Source of the DNA: a virus
Taxonomy: Duplodnaviria; Heunggongvirae; Uroviricota; Caudoviricetes
Length of the DNA: 64,000 nucleotides
Virus record (IMG/VR): IMGVR_UViG_3300028797_000103
Coordinates: 23,685-87,684 of that record
Direction: 5' to 3' (one strand)
A program made the position numbers and the translations under genes. The notes under the pieces are model-generated. The model was not told the origin of the DNA. It ran no database searches and was given only the letters and a program-made list of their open reading frames with translations. Of the stretch, positions 9,747 through 17,259 are shown piece by piece (position 1 is the stretch's first letter; every line of letters begins with the position of its first letter).

Positions 9747-10295
9747 ATGGTTCTAAATAATAAACCTCAACTGTTTACATTCTTTTTTCCTAGCACTTTC
9801 TGGTATCCGGAAGTTGTCCAGAAATGGACACCGCTCATAGAGAGAATGAAACTTCCTTATATGGACCTTTCTGATTTTATGAACGCACAGGTTCAGCAGG
9901 TTCGTTTTCCCGGTGCAAACCTACAGATGTCTATGCAGGGAAGAGAGCAATATGAAATAATGTATCCAGCTGGAAAAGAGCTCGAAACTGAAGTTAACAA
10001 GACGTTGAGTATTACATTTAAGCTGACAGAAAGTTATCTTTCTTATTGGGTTTTGTGGGATCAGGTTGATTTGTATTTACACTATTCAAGTGAACATACG
10101 GAACACAAAGACTGTTGGTTTGAACCAGTAACACTTGGATTTTTAACGGACCAAGGCATACAGATGCTTGAGTTTACGTTCAACGAACTCACCCCAACAA
10201 ATCTTGGTGAGCTGAATCTAAGCTATGCGGCAACAGTTGCAACATATAACACATTTACATTTGATTTACATTACAATTGGTTCAGCGTTAAATAA
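9747..10295 (+). CDS. tail-tube-fold protein (gp19/gp3-like)
   Basis: QVRFPG...LSITFKLTESYLSYWVLWD...VTLGFLTDQG..MLEFTFNELTPTNLGELNLSY...FTFDLHY follows the tube-protein pattern; late motif upstream. Confidence 0.55.
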   Translation: MVLNNKPQLFTFFFPSTFWYPEVVQKWTPLIERMKLPYMDLSDFMNAQVQQVRFPGANLQMSMQGREQYEIMYPAGKELETEVNKTLSITFKLTESYLSYWVLWDQVDLYLHYSSEHTEHKDCWFEPVTLGFLTDQGIQMLEFTFNELTPTNLGELNLSYAATVATYNTFTFDLHYNWFSVK

Positions 10296-10303
10296 CCTAT
10301 AAA

Positions 10304-10311
10304 AATAAATA
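10304..10311 (+). promoter_or_regulatory. putative late promoter
   Basis: AATAAATA 20 nt before 10332. Confidence 0.55.
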
Positions 10312-10331
10312 AAGAAAAGAATAATCATATA

Positions 10332-11774
10332 ATGGCAACAGATCTTTTCGGGAAATATTTCAATAACCCAAAGAAGTCATACATATACACGAATCTAGTA
10401 TGTAACAGCCCATCGGCAGATGAACTGTCATTCGACATAATAGGTTCCGAGGGGCAAATAACGGACAACGGAAACAAACTCGCCGGAATAGACCTATCCG
10501 ATGTTCACGTTCCCCTAAGTCAATACTCAAGCGATATGAGAATTTTGGAACCATATAGCTATCTTTATATAAAAGGTATGGCATATGGCGACACATATGC
10601 TCAGAAAACATATGGAAGAATAGTTGGCGAAATAATAGACCACGATGAAAATTGGATGTACAATAGCATATTCTTCTTTGTTATAAAATACTTGGACACG
10701 ACAACTGGAAAACGAGTCGTAAAGTCTATCAAACTGAAGGGTGATTTGGAAAATGAAAAGACCTTCGTTGATGTTTGCACCGAATATTTTGAAGAAAATA
10801 AAATTCCAATCGGCGTAACATATGACGACGGTTATGTCACATTCACATCTCTTGAAATTGGTTATGATTTTTGGATTGACCATGTTTTACTATGGAAATC
10901 CGAAGATGATTATGACATAATGTCAGACATCAACAAATGGATAATCGACAACGGATATCAATATAAGGTTGGTTGGGATGATGATTATTTCGACAGCAAC
11001 AACATAACGAAAGACAACCCTTATCTTGAAAAGAACGTATATTCAAGCTTAATTACAAAATCAGACTACAGTAGACTTTATAATCTGATGAATCTTCTAG
11101 ACACCGATTTTCAGACAATGCTTGAAACCCATAACGTAAAAAGAGTTTTCCTTTTTGAAGATTTCTTAAAAAGAGTGTCCCCTAAGAAATACAGAAACGG
11201 CGCATTGAAAGGAATAGTCGTAAAAGCGACATATCCAAAATTCAATGCAGAAGACATATATGATTATCAGCGTTCTCTGAAAATTGCACACGTTCAGGAT
11301 AGCATTGAAGAATACCACATGATTCCTGAAAGTGTTGTTGATGGAACATATCTGGCAACAAGGAAGATTCTTGATGTTGTAGATTCGTATCATTGTGAAT
11401 ATGACAGCGAAGCTTATGATATGTGGCTTGGAAAATATTCAAGCAAAAACACAAGAGACGAGTGGATAAGACACGATGAGCTACCACAGATTGTTCCAGA
11501 AATGTTCTATAAATGGAAACATTCACACGTTCCATTCAACGTTCAGGCACTTTCAATATATAAAGACATCGAATCCAGAGATGCAATTGGTCTTGCAGGA
11601 TATTGTGTATATCTAACAAAACACAACCTCTGGACAAATTTCGGGCAATTCTATTGCATAACAAGCATATCTGATGATGAATCAGATCCATATTGCAAAA
11701 ACCTTATACCGGGAATTGTTATATACAACCCTAACGAATTCCCAGTTACCGTAAACTACGCTACGTTTGTATAA
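10332..11774 (+). CDS. hypothetical (probable virion) protein
   Basis: 480-aa ORF; AATAAATA 20 nt upstream. Confidence 0.65.
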   Translation: MATDLFGKYFNNPKKSYIYTNLVCNSPSADELSFDIIGSEGQITDNGNKLAGIDLSDVHVPLSQYSSDMRILEPYSYLYIKGMAYGDTYAQKTYGRIVGEIIDHDENWMYNSIFFFVIKYLDTTTGKRVVKSIKLKGDLENEKTFVDVCTEYFEENKIPIGVTYDDGYVTFTSLEIGYDFWIDHVLLWKSEDDYDIMSDINKWIIDNGYQYKVGWDDDYFDSNNITKDNPYLEKNVYSSLITKSDYSRLYNLMNLLDTDFQTMLETHNVKRVFLFEDFLKRVSPKKYRNGALKGIVVKATYPKFNAEDIYDYQRSLKIAHVQDSIEEYHMIPESVVDGTYLATRKILDVVDSYHCEYDSEAYDMWLGKYSSKNTRDEWIRHDELPQIVPEMFYKWKHSHVPFNVQALSIYKDIESRDAIGLAGYCVYLTKHNLWTNFGQFYCITSISDDESDPYCKNLIPGIVIYNPNEFPVTVNYATFV

Positions 11775-12217
11775 TGAGCAAAAGAAGAAAACTTAATGAA
11801 AACTGGTTTGCCGGTGGAAACATGTCTAGTCCCGGAATGGACTGGGGGATGTCTCCTGCAACATATATGGTACAAGGTGGGCAAACTGGATATACCTACG
11901 CAATAAGAGGTCTCGATGACACATTACAGCAGAAACCAAACACACCACCGAGAGAATATTACATTTATCCGGGGTGTTCAGTAAGCGGAGTTGGTATAAA
12001 CAATCCAGATAAAAAATATTCTGGAAAGGTTTATAGAATATTGAGAGACGTTGATGGTTCTATAATAGGATTGTACATTTTGACATTTAAGACATCAAAG
12101 TTTGTATCAATAAGAGCTGATGAAAATCTTACGCTTCTTATAGCGAAGTCTCCTGATGAAGTTGACAGATTCAGTCCAATCGCTTCGCATAACGTCGATA
12201 CTCTACCAACAAGATAA
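11774..12217 (+). CDS. hypothetical late protein (starts MSKRRKLNE)
   Basis: 147 aa; TAATG coupled to the previous gene; followed by a terminator. Confidence 0.65.
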   Translation: MSKRRKLNENWFAGGNMSSPGMDWGMSPATYMVQGGQTGYTYAIRGLDDTLQQKPNTPPREYYIYPGCSVSGVGINNPDKKYSGKVYRILRDVDGSIIGLYILTFKTSKFVSIRADENLTLLIAKSPDEVDRFSPIASHNVDTLPTR

Positions 12218-12218
12218 C

Positions 12219-12246
12219 AAAAGAGCAGTCACTTGACTGCTCTTTT
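12219..12246. terminator. bidirectional intrinsic terminator
   Basis: AAAAGAGCAGTCA-ct-TGACTGCTCTTTT between convergent genes. Confidence 0.85.
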
Positions 12247-12567
12247 TTAAACTCCGAAATTACTAAGATTTCCCATATTTCCGAAATTCATTCCGCCATA
12301 ATTCGGCATACTGAATCCACGTGTTATCGAATCCATATTTGGTGTATTCGAATTCGCCTGCTTCATCATAGCATCCAAATCTGGCTGCTTATACTTGTCG
12401 TTGTATTCTTCCTCATATCTTTCCTGCTCTTCTTTCTGTTGTTTGTTCTCTTCATCGAGATATTCAACATATTTCTTATAGAGCATTGAAATGTCATAGA
12501 AAAACATTCTACCCATTTCTTCTGGTCCGATATGAAGTTTAAGAGCGAATATCAACTCAAGCTCCAC
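12247..12567 (-). CDS. gp51-like / tail-assembly-chaperone C-terminal ORF (possibly read as a frameshift extension)
   Basis: HIGPEEMGRMFFYDISMLYKKYVEYLDEENKQQ resembles the small ORF that follows gp26 in T4-like phages; only a GTG start, and the frame is open back to 12624. Confidence 0.55.
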   Translation of the reverse strand: MELELIFALKLHIGPEEMGRMFFYDISMLYKKYVEYLDEENKQQKEEQERYEEEYNDKYKQPDLDAMMKQANSNTPNMDSITRGFSMPNYGGMNFGNMGNLSNFGV

Positions 12568-13588
12568 ATAGCGTTCGTAGGGGATCTGGAATGACGAAAA
12601 TACTACGGAGTCCTCCCGGAAAGGTTAGCGGGATTTCATGCTCACCTCCGCGTTCGTCGTTGTATTTTATCTTAGGTTGTGTAGCATCTGTCAAAATTTC
12701 AATAACGTGTGAAATAACAGACCATTCCTTCACACCCCAGAGCCGCGTGGCGGCCGCATATTCCTCGTAATTTCTGTTAGTAACACCACGATAGTCACGA
12801 AGGAGCATCGGAGCGAAATTAAGGAAGTCTTCATCATAAGATTCACGAGCATTTGCTTTATTGATAGCATAGCTCTTCAACCAAGAGTTAACACCGATTG
12901 AAGGGATGTACATATTGATTGAATTTGCACCAATCTGGAAAGTGAAACACTTTTTCTCTGAATCGTAAAACCTCTTCAAATCGTCAGGAATGTGGATGAA
13001 ATCAATCATCTCTTTCGTAACAATCAACTGCTCTCCATTTTCACCAGGGATACTCAAATCGTTCTCCCCAGACACGAATGTGAATTCCTTAATAGCGAGA
13101 AGAATATAAATTCTATCTATACTCTTAAGGTCTCTCCAGCAGTTTCCTGCATATTCAGGATTATGAACAAGCGTACACCTTTCAATCATATAGTTAAGAA
13201 TATCATCGTTTCTTGACAACTGGTTGATATCGTTCTCGTTCATAGTAGACCAGTGCTTAATCTCTTCCCCACGTGCAGCCCTGATTTTAACAGCGAACCC
13301 ATCAGGGTAGAACAGACCTCCGGTTGGAAGAGACTCTAGAGGAATCTCAAGATATCCAAGGTTCTCGCGATAATGGACGCCTGTTGTGTCGGCATTGATC
13401 TGCCGTCTCTCTTCCATCTGTTCATCTATAGAACGAACGCGGCGCTGACCGGCAGAATTTATAGAAGAAGCTTCTTCTTCATAAACTGGAGTAACTGTAG
13501 CCTCTTTTGGACCTCTTGCCTGAGGCTCGTTCTCAACTTCACTTACATATCCGCTGAGAACATCATTTTCTTTACTACTTCTTGGCAT
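12557..13588 (-). CDS. T4 gp26-like baseplate hub assembly protein
   Basis: IPLESLPTGGLFY...KIRAARGEEIK...DRIYILLAIKEFTF...IPLTFPGG fits the gp26-like chaperone pattern. Confidence 0.65.
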   Translation of the reverse strand: MPRSSKENDVLSGYVSEVENEPQARGPKEATVTPVYEEEASSINSAGQRRVRSIDEQMEERRQINADTTGVHYRENLGYLEIPLESLPTGGLFYPDGFAVKIRAARGEEIKHWSTMNENDINQLSRNDDILNYMIERCTLVHNPEYAGNCWRDLKSIDRIYILLAIKEFTFVSGENDLSIPGENGEQLIVTKEMIDFIHIPDDLKRFYDSEKKCFTFQIGANSINMYIPSIGVNSWLKSYAINKANARESYDEDFLNFAPMLLRDYRGVTNRNYEEYAAATRLWGVKEWSVISHVIEILTDATQPKIKYNDERGGEHEIPLTFPGGLRSIFVIPDPLRTLCGA

Positions 13589-13614
13589 TTATTTTTGCGT
13601 TTGTTTTAAGTTTA

Positions 13615-15510
13615 CTAAAGTGTATAAAGTAAGTCAAACATTGAGCTTACCATATTATTCTCGTTCTGGACGACTATTGACATTTTCCTGTCACCTTCCG
13701 GAACGTCTCTTAGCTTATTTATCGTGTCCATGTTAAAGTTGAATTCCAGCTCACCCAAATATAAATTCATATTTTTTGAGTATGTAGGTTCAATCAAATT
13801 CTGATTTCCACCGGAATCCCTAAACATAATCTTATAATATCCGTTCGTAAGGTCCATATAAACCATCTTACCATCCTGATCATTTTTCTTGAACACGAAT
13901 TTGTATGATTTAGGAGCCTGACTTACCTGCAACGTATAATTATATGAACCTCTCAGATTTTCACCGTCAACGATAGATACATTTGTAGTATCATAAAAAA
14001 CATTAACATATTTAGTTTTCTGTTTAATCGTTGGCTGTGGCAACTGATTACCCTTTGTTTCGACAATCTTATTGTAAATTGTATATGGAGTAATCTGCGA
14101 AAAGCTCAAATTTGTAGATTTAGCAAAGAATCTTCCCATATCACCAATTAACGAAAGAGTTGCTGTCTTAACAAACTGAACCTTATCATCTGCGTTAATC
14201 AATCTCATAGTATACACGACGTGTATGTTATCCACATACAAACCAGCCCTGTCGTCGAAAATCATCGGACGATAATAAAACTTTACAGGATCACTATCAG
14301 ATATGAATATCTGGTCCATCCTATACGTTTCTTTCTTTATCACTGTTTCACCATAAAGGAAAGACAGAACGATTTCATGCATTACTATCCACTTTGATTC
14401 AGAACGACCAGCTTTATATCCATCCTCGACTTCATATCCAGAGTTCTGTCTTATCAAATCCCTGTTATAAAGTTTAATCTTTGTGTTAAACTTCCACACA
14501 GTTTCTTTGTCAAGCGGCTCATCGTTCCAAGTTCCATAGAATTCAATATATGGGTAATCGCGCATCTCTGCTATATAACATCCAAGATTGTCACTCGCTA
14601 CATTCGTTGTTGGTATGCTTCCCTTTGTTGTTGAAGTTCTTGCAAATGTAACATTAACAGGATCCTTTATGACGTCAGCGTTGGCGTTTATTTCGTCGAT
14701 TGTATACTTTACGTTTTCCTCAACTCTGTCGGCTTTATCGACAACGGAAAACATCAACCTTATTATAGGATTAGCTTCGTTTATTTCGAACAGGTTAACC
14801 GTACCGTCGCCAAATCCGTTCTCGGCTATATCATATAAACAAGGTATAGAAACTTCAATATATTTGTCATATATGTCATTCCCCATAAGTATCGGGGATT
14901 CCATATACTTTATAAGTTTGTATCCATTGTCCCTTGTTACCATAAAGTTGCACAAATCAACAACAACGTCTTCTCCGTCTTTAACAGCATTAACGGATAT
15001 TCTGGCATAAAAACCATACATATTGCTGAAATCATAACCGTTGACAAAATATAGTCGAACCTTGTCAAATCTTATGTTAGCGTTAAGAGGCTCAGCAACA
15101 ATTCCGTCCGGAAGATATTTCAGATACTCATTTATCTTAGGAGAATTGCTTAAATCTCCGTCAAACAAAGCGTCGTCAACGTATTTGTAATCAGGATCCG
15201 AAAAATAATAAAACAGAGAATCTTTAGAGTCCTTCGGTATCACAAGATGATTAAACGTATTAAGTGAACGCGGATCATATTGCTTTTTATAAACGCCATT
15301 GGACGCATCATACTCACACTCGCTTGAAACTGGAGATATCAGAGCTAAATGCCCATCTTTCAGTTTAGCATGATAGATATAAAGAAGTTGATCAGAATCA
15401 ACTTCAGAATCATCAATTGTCGATGCGTTGGCCATATTCTCACCTCCGAGCATCTTGTACTCGAACATTATGGTGTCGGTAAGCTGAAGATATCTATTCT
15501 TGAATTTCAT
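13615..15510 (-). CDS. hypothetical (probable virion) protein
   Basis: 631-aa beta-rich ORF in the baseplate operon. Confidence 0.65.
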   Translation of the reverse strand: MKFKNRYLQLTDTIMFEYKMLGGENMANASTIDDSEVDSDQLLYIYHAKLKDGHLALISPVSSECEYDASNGVYKKQYDPRSLNTFNHLVIPKDSKDSLFYYFSDPDYKYVDDALFDGDLSNSPKINEYLKYLPDGIVAEPLNANIRFDKVRLYFVNGYDFSNMYGFYARISVNAVKDGEDVVVDLCNFMVTRDNGYKLIKYMESPILMGNDIYDKYIEVSIPCLYDIAENGFGDGTVNLFEINEANPIIRLMFSVVDKADRVEENVKYTIDEINANADVIKDPVNVTFARTSTTKGSIPTTNVASDNLGCYIAEMRDYPYIEFYGTWNDEPLDKETVWKFNTKIKLYNRDLIRQNSGYEVEDGYKAGRSESKWIVMHEIVLSFLYGETVIKKETYRMDQIFISDSDPVKFYYRPMIFDDRAGLYVDNIHVVYTMRLINADDKVQFVKTATLSLIGDMGRFFAKSTNLSFSQITPYTIYNKIVETKGNQLPQPTIKQKTKYVNVFYDTTNVSIVDGENLRGSYNYTLQVSQAPKSYKFVFKKNDQDGKMVYMDLTNGYYKIMFRDSGGNQNLIEPTYSKNMNLYLGELEFNFNMDTINKLRDVPEGDRKMSIVVQNENNMVSSMFDLLYTL

Positions 15511-16308
15511 TTAAAAAGCCCATATTTTTCTACCAAACGTAAGCTGTACCGCCGGAACAACTCTAACCTTGCTGTCGACAATAGTGAGTGATGCACCTAC
15601 ACCGGCAACAAACACCCATTTCTTGTCAAACCTTTTCTTCAAGGCTTTTGAAGATTCAGGAGACAATACAACTCCGTCTATGTTATTTATTTGAAAGTAT
15701 GGATTATCGGACTTTGCGATAAATGAAAGATTTCCTTTCTTGCTTTCTATTAGATCCAGCGTCAGTGTGTTAGGGAATGATATAGTGTTGAATGTATATT
15801 CGCTAGTCATCTTTTCTATATCAAAAAGACCAATACCGTCTATATTACACCATTTGTCAGTGTATCGTATAGGTGAAGTGTATTGAGACGGTCCAGCAAC
15901 AGTCAACGTGTCTGTAACCTTTACCTCTTTTATTATGGTTTCTGTTACAACCTTCGTGACAACGATTGGATTGTCTTTTAGATGTTTCACCTCAGCCGCC
16001 AGCTGGGTGTTTGTTTCTTTAAGATGAGCAAGATCCGTTATGTAGGTTTGCTTTTGCGAATATAATTCGCCAACCTTATTCTGATATACAGTTATAGTGT
16101 CTTGTTGACTTACAATTACATTATCTAATTCGTTGCGAACGTGTCTGAAATTAAAATAAAGTAAAATCAGAGCAATACCAAAACAAACAATAAGGACATT
16201 TTTCCAATCTGAAAACATCCATTTAAAAGCTTTTTTAATCCAATTGAAAATTACAGAAAAGAATTTAGAAACGCTTTCCCATGGTATTAACTTAAATTCT
16301 ATTTTCAT
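15511..16308 (-). CDS. membrane-anchored coiled-coil protein, putative spanin-like
   Basis: N-terminal TM (VLIVCFGIALILLYFNF), coiled coil, and C-terminal amphipathic beta strands ending IWAF. Confidence 0.45.
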   Translation of the reverse strand: MKIEFKLIPWESVSKFFSVIFNWIKKAFKWMFSDWKNVLIVCFGIALILLYFNFRHVRNELDNVIVSQQDTITVYQNKVGELYSQKQTYITDLAHLKETNTQLAAEVKHLKDNPIVVTKVVTETIIKEVKVTDTLTVAGPSQYTSPIRYTDKWCNIDGIGLFDIEKMTSEYTFNTISFPNTLTLDLIESKKGNLSFIAKSDNPYFQINNIDGVVLSPESSKALKKRFDKKWVFVAGVGASLTIVDSKVRVVPAVQLTFGRKIWAF

Positions 16309-16410
16309 AAAAACGACATGGCATGGTTATTTTTTAAGGAAGGGTTGGGGGCTTCCAACTACAAATATTATATATATTATATTAAATTCTCTTTTTGTTT
16401 TTTCTCAAAA

Positions 16411-16438
16411 ATTATATGCAAAAAATCCAAAAAAGTTT
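16411..16438 (-). promoter_or_regulatory. class II (putative middle) promoter
   Basis: AAACTTTTTTGGATTTTTTGCATATAAT upstream of 16308. Confidence 0.65.
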
Positions 16439-16496
16439 CAGATTTTCATAACTTTTTTTGAAAAAATTTTCACAATTTTTCGTAACTGTTTGATTA

Positions 16497-17258
16497 TCAC
16501 TTTAATGTAACAACGTTTGAAAGTATCTCAGAAAAGTCTTTTCCAACTAATGTTGATGCTCCCTGTGGAAACTTCGTGTTAAGTTCAGTGACAATCTGCT
16601 GTAAAACCTTTACAAGTTGTGCACCTTTGACGGCTTTATCGTTAGCATCTTTTCCAAGAGCGATGCTGTTTGCGTCAATGTTGACGGTTGGTGCGACAAC
16701 ATTCACAGTTGCACCCGATGCTATGTTTATTATTCCGTTTAAGTTAGAACCCCTTTCAGACTCTCCGGTCGTTACGATGTTTATCTTATTATCGTTAAGC
16801 TCGATTATGTTCGAGTTATTCATATGCTTCAGCTGGATTGAACCGTCGGCGTCTATTTTTATCATAGACCCTTTCATCCAAAGCTTTATTCCGGTCATAG
16901 TCTGATATATTATCAAAACATCCTGTTCGCTGTCGTACATCAGCACATGGGTATTTTGATAATCGTCCTTTATTTCATCAATTAGGGCAGGGTCGATGTT
17001 TTGAATGTTTGTATATTCTCCAGAATATATGTCTTGGTTTGAAAATTTCACTCTCACTATCGAACCCACTTTCGGAACAGACAACGAACCGAAGCCAGCT
17101 TTACTTGAAAACAGCAAAGATGATTGTGGAGAAAACCAAGGTATATTTTCGGTTTCGAGGTTATCGAAAATTCCGAATACCCTGATTTTACATCTTCCGG
17201 AAAATGTAGGGTCATCTACATACTCAACCCTTCCTAAATATTCTTTTGATAAGTCCAT
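16497..17258 (-). CDS. gp5: baseplate central spike gp5/VgrG-type (OB-fold, no lysozyme domain)
   Basis: YLGRVEYVDDPTFSGRCKIRVFG...IPWFSP...SVPKVGSIVRVKF OB-fold followed by beta-strand repeats. Confidence 0.8.
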   Translation of the reverse strand: MDLSKEYLGRVEYVDDPTFSGRCKIRVFGIFDNLETENIPWFSPQSSLLFSSKAGFGSLSVPKVGSIVRVKFSNQDIYSGEYTNIQNIDPALIDEIKDDYQNTHVLMYDSEQDVLIIYQTMTGIKLWMKGSMIKIDADGSIQLKHMNNSNIIELNDNKINIVTTGESERGSNLNGIINIASGATVNVVAPTVNIDANSIALGKDANDKAVKGAQLVKVLQQIVTELNTKFPQGASTLVGKDFSEILSNVVTLK

Positions 17259-17259
17259 A

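Noticed and set aside
16449-16476. Divergent copy of the class II promoter on the plus strand (AACTTTTTTTGAAAA)
   Set aside because: The -10 position reads CACAAT rather than GCATATAAT, and it would point antisense into gp5.
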